This document shows, in pieces, positions 9,584 to 18,810 of a stretch of 23,852 nucleotides of DNA. The position numbers were made by a program, and so were the translations under genes. Under the pieces are notes generated by a model that was not told the origin of the DNA, did not search any database, and was given only the letters and a program-made list of their open reading frames with translations. The stretch's first letter is position 1. Every line of letters begins with the position of its first letter. The DNA lies in NCBI GenBank assembly GCA_005191425.1, contig SUPR01000054.1:1-23852 (forward strand), given 5' to 3'. The stretch is from Candidatus Helarchaeota ASGARD archaeon Hel_GB_B. GTDB taxonomy: Archaea > Asgardarchaeota > Lokiarchaeia > Helarchaeales > HEL-GB-B.

Positions 9584-10477
9584 TTACATTGACAATAAAC
9601 CTTTGTGTTTTAATTTCTTAGTGCGTGGATCTTTTAATAAAATCTTCAGATATTTAATCATATCTTCTTTATCTTCAGGTAGTTTTCCTTCAATACCCAC
9701 ATAATTTGACATATGATCATTATACACTTCTGAAGTTACATGGTCCTCTAAATTTTCTAAGATTGTTAACTCTTCTTGAATTATCATCCATGGTGGACAA
9801 ATCTGAAACGTATCTCTTTCTGCCCATAAATCTGATATTGGTAATATATTTAATGTCCTGAATCTAAATTTATCTGGATTTATTTTGTTCAAGGCTTCTG
9901 CAGTTTTTAAAGCATGTTCTTCAGATAATGGAACTCCACCCAATCCCAAAATAATATACAACGATAATTTTATCCCTGATTCCATTAATTTTTTTGACGC
10001 TTTTATTTGTCCATATACATTTGTCCCCTTTCTCATCATTTTTAATATTTTATCTGACCCGCTCTCTAACCCCATATAGACTATTTTTAGACCTGCTTCC
10101 TTTAATCTTCTTAATTCATCAGGTGTTTTTCTTAATATATCGTGATTCTTTGCATATGATGAAATTCTACCTTCAGGTTTTAATGTATTTGGAAATGTTT
10201 CTGCAATCTTCTTTATAACCTTCTCTAAATGGTCTGTTGGTGCTGATAATGCACTACCACCTGCCATAAAAACTCTATCTATAAATTCTCTACCATATTG
10301 CATAGCATAAAAATCTATTTCTTTGAATACTAATTCTAAAGGCCTTACCCAATATGGCTGATTCCTATATACTCCGCAAAATTTACATTTATTCCATCTA
10401 CACCCTTCGGTCACATTCAATAATAATGAATATGCTTCGACAGGTGGTCTTATTAATATTCCATGCTGAATTGTCAT
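9584..10477 (-). CDS. Radical SAM protein of unknown function
   Basis: 'IRPPVEAYSLLLNVTEGCRWNKCKFCGVY' Fe-S motif, 'VFMAGGSAL', 'VYMGLESGSDKILK', 'YIILGLGG', C-terminal 'NDHMSNY'. Confidence 0.9.
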   Translation of the reverse strand: MTIQHGILIRPPVEAYSLLLNVTEGCRWNKCKFCGVYRNQPYWVRPLELVFKEIDFYAMQYGREFIDRVFMAGGSALSAPTDHLEKVIKKIAETFPNTLKPEGRISSYAKNHDILRKTPDELRRLKEAGLKIVYMGLESGSDKILKMMRKGTNVYGQIKASKKLMESGIKLSLYIILGLGGVPLSEEHALKTAEALNKINPDKFRFRTLNILPISDLWAERDTFQICPPWMIIQEELTILENLEDHVTSEVYNDHMSNYVGIEGKLPEDKEDMIKYLKILLKDPRTKKLKHKGLLSM

Positions 10478-10588
10478 TAATTATATTCTTCAATTTAATT
10501 GTTAAAAATTTTTATCTTTTTTACAGTTATTCTTAAATATTACTCAATTTTTTAAAATTAAAAAAGAAAAAAAAGAATTAATATTTTT

Positions 10589-11530
10589 CTATACTTCTAT
10601 CTTAATATTTAATTCTTTCACTAATTCTTTATATCTATTTCTTACTGTAACTTCAGTAACATGAGCTACTTCAGCTATTTCTCTCTGAGTCCTTCTTTCA
10701 CCTTCTAATATCGCCGAAATATATATCGAAGCTGCCGCTAATCCTGTCGGGTCTTTTCCAGCAGTCAACCCATGTTCTCGCGCCATTTTTATTATTTCAG
10801 CAGCTCTCTTCTGAGACCTCCCTGATAAATCTAATTCAGCGCCAAATCTCGGGATAAATTCAACTGGATTTGCTATTGGAATTCTTACATTTAATTCACG
10901 TAATATTAACCTATAACATCTCCCTAACTCCTTTCTATTTACTCTGGAATGTCTTGCTATTTCATCTAATGTCCTTGGTACCTTCCTTAACCTACACGCA
11001 GCATATATTGATGCTGCAATCATAGCTTCGATTGACCTCCCTCTTATTAATTTTCTCTCTATTGCTCTTCTATAGAAAACAGCACTTGACTCTTTAACCC
11101 CTCTTGGAATTCCCAATTGACTTGATAATCTATCCAATTCACTCATTGCAAATGCTAAATTTCGGTCTAAACTCGAATGAACCCTTGTCCTCATTTGCCA
11201 TTTTCTCATTCTATATACTTGCGCCCTCTTTTTAGGAGATAATGTTTTTCCGTAGTGGTCTTTATCGTGCCAATCAATCATTGTTGACAAACCTTTATCG
11301 TGAATAGTAAATGTTATCGGCGAACCAACTCTGCTTCTTTTGTTTCTCTCATCAATTGTAAATGCACGCCATTCCGGGCCTTGGTCTATCTCTCTCTCAT
11401 CTAATACTAATCCACAATTTCCACAAGTCCTCTCTCCCCGTTGATTATCTATTATTATATTTGTTGACGAGCACTCTGGACATACTTGAATTATATCGTC
11501 CATTTTTTCAGATTTTTTTTCCTTTTCCAT
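10589..11530 (-). CDS. tfb: Transcription initiation factor IIB (TFB)
   Basis: Zn ribbon CPEC..CGNCG, B-reader GPEWRAF, 'HDKGLST', and two cyclin-fold repeats (LIRGRSIE..AASIYAAC; GKDPTGLAAASIYI..RTQREIAEVAHVTEVTVRNRYKEL). Confidence 0.97.
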   Translation of the reverse strand: MEKEKKSEKMDDIIQVCPECSSTNIIIDNQRGERTCGNCGLVLDEREIDQGPEWRAFTIDERNKRSRVGSPITFTIHDKGLSTMIDWHDKDHYGKTLSPKKRAQVYRMRKWQMRTRVHSSLDRNLAFAMSELDRLSSQLGIPRGVKESSAVFYRRAIERKLIRGRSIEAMIAASIYAACRLRKVPRTLDEIARHSRVNRKELGRCYRLILRELNVRIPIANPVEFIPRFGAELDLSGRSQKRAAEIIKMAREHGLTAGKDPTGLAAASIYISAILEGERRTQREIAEVAHVTEVTVRNRYKELVKELNIKIEV

Positions 11531-11536
11531 TAAATG

Positions 11537-11541
11537 CCTCC
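11537..11541 (-). promoter_or_regulatory. Shine-Dalgarno site of tfb
   Basis: The minus strand reads GGAGG-CATTTA-ATG (6-nt spacing). Confidence 0.7.
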
Positions 11542-11586
11542 AATTCTATAATCTATTATTTTATCTTTAATTTTCAATTTTAATTC

Positions 11587-11676
11587 TTAAAACTTGAATA
11601 AACTATCTCTATCTGCTTGTTTTCTCGGACTTCTATTGTCATTAAATTTATTAAGATCTTGTTTATTTTCACTCAA
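11587..11676 (-). CDS. Candidate small upstream ORF (29 aa, MSENKQDLNKFNDNRSPRKQADRDSLFKF)
   Basis: A second GGAGG (11681-11685, minus strand) is followed by TTG at 11676. An alternative GTG start at 11672 gives a 30-aa peptide in another frame. No homology recognised. Confidence 0.25.
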   Translation of the reverse strand: MSENKQDLNKFNDNRSPRKQADRDSLFKF

Positions 11677-12425
11677 AACTCCTCCCATAATCTTACTTTG
11701 AGATTCCAAGGATAAAAAAAGGCATTTTTCATTTTTGTCGGCAAAACTCATCAATAAAACTCCGAAATTTTATTCTAATTTTTAAAATTTTTCAAATCTC
11801 TTGTTTGATCTCGAATCATTTCCGAATTATTTATATTATAAAAATATTTCGGATTATTAAAAAATATATTATATATATCTTTCTATTTTCCCTTCTTAAT
11901 ATTTAAGGTTTATTGTTTATAAATATTAATATATTTCGAAATTTTTAATTTAATCTATTTTTTTCATAATTAATTTCTCTATTATAATATGGTATTTTTT
12001 TTTCTAAACATCTAAAATTATACTTTTTACCCAATTCTTTTCCATTTACTTAACTCATTTCTTCTTTATATCTATATATAATTAGTTTAATTATTAAAAA
12101 ATTATGGTCAGTCCCCTAGTTTTCAAATTTTCCTATATTTATAATCTTTATTTTGAAAAAAAATCATTTACAGTCAATTATTTTTTAATAGAAATTTTTT
12201 TGTATTAGATTCTTCCATATAAATTTCATATAAAAATCTAAACGATGAATATATTTTCCTTTTGTAATTAAAAAAATTGCAAAATTATAGAGTTTAGATT
12301 CATATTGACATTTTAGTTTATTGATATTATTATATAATTTCATCGATATATATTATTTGATTATTTCTATAGTCCATTTGCTTATAATTTATTTATATTA
12401 TGCTCTTAAATTGGTGTATTTTAGA

Positions 12426-15400
12426 ATGTTTGCTAAGGTTAATAAAAATAAGCATATAATTTATGAATTCTTTATAATTATATATATTTTATCTTTTATT
12501 ATACTTTTATCCATAAATAACTCCCCTAAATTCAAATCATTTCATTATAATAATTTAATTTATAAATCTGGGCTCTCTAGCTACTCCATAAATGGCCATT
12601 ATACAGCTGAAAATATTACTGATGCTGTACTTTCCCTCAACTTATCATCTCATTATTTCAAAAAAACCATGGACTATATCGATCTCAACACTGAGAATTG
12701 GAACTTCACAGGTACTTCTTTATTTTTTTCTAATATCCACAATAATGAAACTGTTTCTATTGAGCAATCTTCTTCTGGAAGTGGTAAAGAAATTCTTGAT
12801 AAATTTGGTATCAATGAACTATGGGCCCAGCAATTTATTCTACCTTCTAACCATTGTCAAATCCTTAATCTATCTCTTTTCATTGGACATATTGGAGTCT
12901 ATAATTTATGGATAGAAATTTTTAATTCGACGCCTGGATCTGGGGTTGCTGACCCTATTCCTGATTCTAAAATCGCCAGTTCTGACCAATATTATATTTC
13001 TACTGATGTTACCATTAATGAATGGCTTACTTTTAATTTTTCTCAACAAATTATTTTAAATTCCTCTGATACTTCAAATAATAGCTTCTATCTAATTTTA
13101 ACTGGAAATCCTATTGAAGGTCCAAAAAGAAGTGTAATTTGGTATTATAACGATGACTTACTAGGTGATGATTATGGAAATGCACTTTTTCTTAATGGTC
13201 TCAATTGGGAATGGAATGCTATTGATTTTATGTCTATTGTTTCTGTTAAAAAGATTTTTTATCCATCAGCAATTAATTTATCTATTAATTATTCTAAATT
13301 GTCTTTTATGCCAGTTTCTGATTTATCTAATCCTGGTATTGGCACAGTTTCTTTCTCTCGATTTATCCCAAACTCCAATGTTTCTATTTTAATTATAAGT
13401 TCTCAAACTGTTTACTTTAATGTTTATTCAAACTATAATGTCATTAATAATACCGTCGCTTATACAAAATTTATTGCATATAGAAATTCTTCAATTGTTA
13501 AAATCAATATTTCTCTCCAAATAAATTTGCCTTCTAATTCAATATCACCTACTCTAAATTTATCTCTCTTCAAATCTTGGAATGTATCTTCTATTTTCGC
13601 TAATTCTTTACCCGTTGACAGTTCTAATTGGACACGTCTCGATAACTTCCTTATTGTAAATATAACTCAGGGCCATTATTTAGTTAAATGTGTCGATCAT
13701 AATTATTTAGGAAAAATTTATTTATTTATAGATGATATTACCCCTGATTTTTATTATGTCCACCAAAATTTGACTGTTAATATTTCTACTAAATTTGTAA
13801 GTTTACTCTCAAATATTCACCTTCAAATTATTAATTCATCTAATTTTACAGTCTTTAAAGAATATCAAAATCCTGAAAATTTTATGTGTAGTTTTACTCC
13901 ATTTAATATAACTACTAATGACTATTATCTGGTCAATGTGAATTGGTTTAATGGCTCTAGCCTTGGGTTTAATATCTCCAGTTTTTATTCGGTTTATCAT
14001 TCTAATCTCTCGAAAATATCTGACAATATTAATATTTCAAGACCTTTTGTTCCAGGGGAATTAGTTCTATTGAAAACTTATTTTAATAACACTGATAAAA
14101 ATAAGCCAATTTTAAATGCTACTTCATATATTTCTATAAATATGACTTCTCCCACCTATTATAATGTATCGAATGCTTATAACGGGTTTTATAACATTAC
14201 TATCTATACTGATCGACTAATATCAAAAAATTATACCTTTATTGTTTCTGTTAATATGGCGGGATATGCTCCTTCAAACTTTTCTGTTCATTTTTCAATT
14301 AAATCTAATTATAATGCTTCACTTAATGTCTCAGGCTATTATGGAACTTCTTTTATTAATGGTTCTTGGTGGGTTAAGCCTGATCCATATTTTTCAGATA
14401 CTACTCATAAAATTCAAATTATTTATAAAAATGGGACATCTCCATTTGATGGAATTTATCCAGCCGCTATTTATGCATATCCTAATTGGACAAACGCTGT
14501 TTGGTATGGAAATCCTTTTGACCTTTCAGGTAAATATGACATTCCCATTGATACTTCTGGGCTTCATGAAGGTGATATCGGTAGGATTCTTATCGTAGCT
14601 ACATCTTCTAATTTTGAAACCAAGGAAATCATCGTTCTTTTTAAAATTACTGAAATTCCTGAAAATTTACTTACATTTGATGTTTCTGGATTCGAGAATA
14701 TCACCGTTTATGAAGGACAGACTGTTCAAATTGCAGCCAGTTTTATTGACAAATTTCATAATACTCCAATAGTTTTTAATAATAATTGGGAAGGTAATAT
14801 ATCTTGGTCTATACCAGGTACTGAAGCTAATTCCTCTCATATTATGAATAAACTTATCTATACTTATTATGATTATATTGACTTACCTTCATTTAATATA
14901 CAAGGTGGAAAATCATATAATATTTCAATTACTGGAGTAGCCCGTAAGGATTATGCTAAAAAAACAATTAATATAACTTTAAATGTAATTAACAAAGAAC
15001 CGACTTCTCTTACTATTTTTAACAAATCACATTTCAATCCAAGAATTGGATATCCCCTTAATATATACTCTAAACTTACTTTTTCTAATGGTACTATTCT
15101 TAAAAATCGTATTCTCCAGTTTAATATTTCCTTATGGAGTAATTCTACTCTTGTATCATATTCTGAGTCATTGATTTTAACTAACTCCTCTGGAATTGCA
15201 AATTATTATTTATCTCAAATACCTGACCATGTCGATTTCATAAAAATTAATGCTTCATTTAAAGGTACCGAAACTATTGCGTCAGTTAATTCTACACTCA
15301 CTTTACCTATTCTACCCAAATTTAAAGCTATCCTTAAACTTTCCGCTTTATATGATGAACTACGTGTAGGTAATTCTATTCAATTTAATGTCAACTTAAC

Positions 15401-17411
15401 TTCTCCAGAACTTGGTCCTCTTCAATCACAAGAAATAAATTTCAAACTCTTTTATATCCATGAAAACTTTACTAATATCACTTCTTATAAAGAATTCACG
15501 GATGATTCAGGTATCGCTACTCTTATCATATCTCAAATTCAAGATGGTACACTCCGAATTAATCTCAATATTTCATATTTTGGTACTTCTTCTATTCAAC
15601 ATGTTTCACTTAATCAGTCATTCTTAATACTACCTAAATTTACTCCATCTTTAAATTTACTATCGCCGCTCCCTTCATCTATCATTGTTGGTGGAACACT
15701 TCAACTACTTTTAAAATTAAAAATAAATTCTACTAATACGCCTATTTCTGATGCAACTATTTTAGTTACTCTAATATTTGACTCACCTCAAACTCCTCCA
15801 TTAACTATTTCTACCATTACAGATATTAATGGTACTTCTCAAGTTAATATCAAAATACCTGATTCAGTTTCTAATTCTAATTATTTTACTGTTTCCATTT
15901 TTTATAATGGAGATCTGTCTATTTCTAATATATCTTTAAACCTAATTTCCACCATTGAAGTCCTCACACCATTTAAAATTTTTCTTAAATCTCTTCCAAT
16001 AATTCTAATTACACTTTTATCGATTGTTTCTATTACTCTTGTTTATCAATATGCTATAAGATTACCTAAAATTAAAAATAAAAATCGCCGAATTAAAAAT
16101 CTTTATCAACAATACTCTGATCTTAATAATATTAAACATATTATGGTAATTGAGCAATCAACTGGGTCCAGTATCTATAATTATTCTTTTGGGTCTAGAA
16201 AGTTCGACCCCGACCTTATCGCTGGCTTTCTTACTGCTATTCTCTCCTTTAAAGATTCTTCCAAAATTAAGGATACTTCCCATCTTACTTCTTCACCTGG
16301 TTTTGAATTATCTTATGCCAACTTTAAAATTTTCCTTAATTCTGGTAATTTTATTAATACTGCTCTCATCCTTGATCACAACCCATCTGATAACCTTAAA
16401 TCTAAGCTCAATGATTTTATCCAAACTTTTGAACATACCTTCCATTCCGAACTCTCTTCTTATTCTGGACATATCAAACCCTTTAAAGCTGCTGATAAAC
16501 TTGTCGAACAAATTTTTAAGACCGACCTCCTTTTACCCCATCGTACCAATAAATCCTCTCCTGACCTCATTAAGTCTCTTAATGATCTCCAAAATACTAT
16601 CTTCTCCATTGCTTCTACTATAGAAAAATCCCAAAAATTCTTTTATATCTCTGATCTTATTAATAATGCAACTGAAGTACGAAATGACTCCCCACCTAAT
16701 ATCTTATTTGCTATAAATCAACTTCGGGCTAAAAACCTTTTTTATAAATTTCAAATTTCTGAACTTGACCAAATCATCTCTAAAGAAAAATTATCCAAAC
16801 CCCTCTCAATTTTATCTAATGCGATCCAAAAATCTTCCCAAACTCCTCCTGAACTTTCTGGTATACCTCTTAAATTATTAAAAGCTCTTAATAACCATTT
16901 GAAAAATTGTAGTATTCTATTCCAAATTAATACTCTTGATTCTATTCAAAATACACCACACTCAAAAAGATCTTCATTCGTAAACTCACTTCTTAATCAG
17001 TGGGATCGCCTATTTAAAGAACGAAATCTACTCCTTATTAAATCTGAAAAATTTATTTCTTCCAATAACTATTTTGATGCCATTAAATCTCTTGATTCAG
17101 TACGTGATATTAATGAGCAACTCGGATTAGAACTTGAAGCCACTAAAATTTCCAATGAAATTTTCACTCTTATGGAAAAACTTAAAAAACTTGACCCAGA
17201 CCTATTTGAAAAACTTCTCTCCACTTTTAAATCTCAAATCTCTGAGTTAAATAAATCTGTCGAACAACTTATTATTGATAATAAACATGAATTTGTTGCA
17301 TCTATCTATCGAAAAATTAGTAGACTCGCCATTCAAATGTGTGACCCTGAAACATCTAAATCATTTAAAAATGCAGCTGACGAACTCATCAAATCTATTA
17401 ATAAATTTTGA
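12426..17411 (+). CDS. Giant single-pass receptor-like membrane protein: glycosylated beta-rich ectodomain, TM helix, cytoplasmic longin-like domain and helical C-terminal region
   Basis: Start placed at ATG 12426 (MFAKVNKNKH, then a hydrophobic signal/anchor), with GGTG at 12413-12416. Ectodomain is rich in NxS/T. TM segment 'LPIILITLLSIVSITLVY' (~15993-16046). Longin-like segment 'DLNNIKHIMVIEQSTGSSIYNYSF..DPDLIAGFLTAILSF..LSYANFKIFL..TALIL..KLNDFIQTFE' (16119-16517). Confidence 0.8.
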   Translation: MFAKVNKNKHIIYEFFIIIYILSFIILLSINNSPKFKSFHYNNLIYKSGLSSYSINGHYTAENITDAVLSLNLSSHYFKKTMDYIDLNTENWNFTGTSLFFSNIHNNETVSIEQSSSGSGKEILDKFGINELWAQQFILPSNHCQILNLSLFIGHIGVYNLWIEIFNSTPGSGVADPIPDSKIASSDQYYISTDVTINEWLTFNFSQQIILNSSDTSNNSFYLILTGNPIEGPKRSVIWYYNDDLLGDDYGNALFLNGLNWEWNAIDFMSIVSVKKIFYPSAINLSINYSKLSFMPVSDLSNPGIGTVSFSRFIPNSNVSILIISSQTVYFNVYSNYNVINNTVAYTKFIAYRNSSIVKINISLQINLPSNSISPTLNLSLFKSWNVSSIFANSLPVDSSNWTRLDNFLIVNITQGHYLVKCVDHNYLGKIYLFIDDITPDFYYVHQNLTVNISTKFVSLLSNIHLQIINSSNFTVFKEYQNPENFMCSFTPFNITTNDYYLVNVNWFNGSSLGFNISSFYSVYHSNLSKISDNINISRPFVPGELVLLKTYFNNTDKNKPILNATSYISINMTSPTYYNVSNAYNGFYNITIYTDRLISKNYTFIVSVNMAGYAPSNFSVHFSIKSNYNASLNVSGYYGTSFINGSWWVKPDPYFSDTTHKIQIIYKNGTSPFDGIYPAAIYAYPNWTNAVWYGNPFDLSGKYDIPIDTSGLHEGDIGRILIVATSSNFETKEIIVLFKITEIPENLLTFDVSGFENITVYEGQTVQIAASFIDKFHNTPIVFNNNWEGNISWSIPGTEANSSHIMNKLIYTYYDYIDLPSFNIQGGKSYNISITGVARKDYAKKTINITLNVINKEPTSLTIFNKSHFNPRIGYPLNIYSKLTFSNGTILKNRILQFNISLWSNSTLVSYSESLILTNSSGIANYYLSQIPDHVDFIKINASFKGTETIASVNSTLTLPILPKFKAILKLSALYDELRVGNSIQFNVNLTSPELGPLQSQEINFKLFYIHENFTNITSYKEFTDDSGIATLIISQIQDGTLRINLNISYFGTSSIQHVSLNQSFLILPKFTPSLNLLSPLPSSIIVGGTLQLLLKLKINSTNTPISDATILVTLIFDSPQTPPLTISTITDINGTSQVNIKIPDSVSNSNYFTVSIFYNGDLSISNISLNLISTIEVLTPFKIFLKSLPIILITLLSIVSITLVYQYAIRLPKIKNKNRRIKNLYQQYSDLNNIKHIMVIEQSTGSSIYNYSFGSRKFDPDLIAGFLTAILSFKDSSKIKDTSHLTSSPGFELSYANFKIFLNSGNFINTALILDHNPSDNLKSKLNDFIQTFEHTFHSELSSYSGHIKPFKAADKLVEQIFKTDLLLPHRTNKSSPDLIKSLNDLQNTIFSIASTIEKSQKFFYISDLINNATEVRNDSPPNILFAINQLRAKNLFYKFQISELDQIISKEKLSKPLSILSNAIQKSSQTPPELSGIPLKLLKALNNHLKNCSILFQINTLDSIQNTPHSKRSSFVNSLLNQWDRLFKERNLLLIKSEKFISSNNYFDAIKSLDSVRDINEQLGLELEATKISNEIFTLMEKLKKLDPDLFEKLLSTFKSQISELNKSVEQLIIDNKHEFVASIYRKISRLAIQMCDPETSKSFKNAADELIKSINKF
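14997..15963 (+). repeat. Three tandem ~106-aa Ig-like modules in the juxtamembrane ectodomain
   Basis: T[DN]xxG motifs at 15180, 15498 and 15819 (106 and 107 codons apart). ILPKF occurs twice about 106 codons apart, and Y/FxG motifs end each unit. Confidence 0.75.
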
Positions 17412-17689
17412 ATATCTCTTCCTTTTATCTCTTTATTTATTCAATTTATTTTTATCTATTTATATTATCATTAATTGACTTCATATATCTCATCATTCAA
17501 TATTTTACCTAAATCGTTCTCTCAAAATATACCCATACTATTTATTGTCCATTAATTTTTTTTCATTTCGTTTTTTACTTATTATTTACTAATTTGTTCA
17601 TTATTTTCTCCCATTTTTAATCTCCCACTTTTAATCTCCCATTTTTGTCACCAAAATATTCATATCTTTCTTTTCTCTTTGTATTATCA

Positions 17690-18352
17690 ATGCACTCTGA
17701 TGTCATTATCCGTAAATGCAAACGTTCTGATTGGAAAGGTATTATGGACGTTTGCTACCACACTGGTTATATGGGTGAAGATGCGCAGGGACATTTCGGC
17801 GATAAATTTCTCTTTGGGCTACTTTTTTCCATATATTATCCTTGGTTCGAATGGTGGAACTGTTTTGTCGCTGTCCATAATAATAAAGTTATTGGCTACA
17901 TTCTAGGCTCTCTTGATTCAAATATCCAGCACAAAATGTTTATTGCTAAAATAGGCCCTCTTATACTTGCTAGACTCGCTCTTGTTTCTTGGTGGCGATA
18001 CCCTAACACTCTTAAAATACTAGTCCACCTTATTAAACAATTTCCACAAGCTCTCAATAATAATGCTATTTCTGATTCAGATATTAACCTTTCTTATCCA
18101 GCACACCTCCATATTGATATTCTTGCACCTTATCAACACCAAGGCATTGGCTCAAAACTCATTTCTCTCTATGAAAATCATGTTAAATCTCATAATGTTC
18201 CAGGCATCCACCTTGATACCAGCAACAAAAATTTTAAAGCTATTCCCTTCTACTTTAAACATGGCTATAAAATTATCCGTAAACTTAATTCTTCACTCTG
18301 GCCTGATTCCCCTAATACTATTCAACTTACTTTCGCTAAAAAATTAAAGTAA
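17690..18352 (+). CDS. GNAT-family N-acetyltransferase
   Basis: 'IIRKCKRSDW..VCYHTG', 'CFVAVHNNKVIGYILG', 'YPAHLHIDIL', acetyl-CoA motif 'YQHQGIGSKL', 'NFKAIPFYFKHGY'. Start placed at ATG 17690 (220 aa). Confidence 0.9.
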   Translation: MHSDVIIRKCKRSDWKGIMDVCYHTGYMGEDAQGHFGDKFLFGLLFSIYYPWFEWWNCFVAVHNNKVIGYILGSLDSNIQHKMFIAKIGPLILARLALVSWWRYPNTLKILVHLIKQFPQALNNNAISDSDINLSYPAHLHIDILAPYQHQGIGSKLISLYENHVKSHNVPGIHLDTSNKNFKAIPFYFKHGYKIIRKLNSSLWPDSPNTIQLTFAKKLK

Positions 18353-18360
18353 TTGCTTAT

Positions 18361-18380
18361 ATAATATAATATAATATAAT
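18361..18380. repeat. (ATAAT)4 microsatellite
   Basis: Four perfect ATAAT units just downstream of the GNAT stop codon. Confidence 0.8.
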
Positions 18381-18810
18381 AGTCTTATAATTAATGGTCT
18401 AAAGTAATTTTCTATATAATTTTCTATATTTTATTGATAATTTGTATTTAAGCTTCTTACTCTCAAATATCCTATTATTGATTTTTCCTTTTATGATCCC
18501 TTTTTTTAAGTTTCAGTTATTTATATTTAAAAAATAATCCTCTCTACTTTTTAATATATTTTTCATTTAAAATCTTTCAAAATTACTAATCATCTACAAT
18601 GTCGCTGGAACTCTCTTGTATCTTTAATATAATTTCTAATTAACTGCAACAAACAATAAAACTAATCGACACTTTCTCATAATCATTTTAAAAAATTAAT
18701 TATAAAAAAAGAATTAAAAATACTTCGCTTAAAAAAATTAATATTTTTATTTTATTAATTCTGTATTATTCTCTTTAACTTATTTTTATTGACCGGACTG
18801 AATTTATGAA

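Noticed and set aside
11531-11700. Gar1 gene, often found upstream of archaeal tfb
   Set aside because: No frame encodes a Gar1-like sequence (e.g. no GPV..PY motif).
12321-12425. 35-codon upstream extension of the giant longin protein
   Set aside because: It is AT-rich noise. ATG 12426 has a GGTG upstream and gives a typical basic-then-hydrophobic N-terminus.
11531-12425. Long AT-rich intergenic region as a replication origin
   Set aside because: No ORB-like repeats were recognised, there is no adjacent cdc6/orc1, and the C-over-G bias keeps the same sign on both sides.
18361-18380. (ATAAT)4 as a CRISPR, iteron or phase-variation element
   Set aside because: It is only 20 bp, has no spacers, and lies between convergent gene ends in very AT-rich DNA; likely slippage or chance.
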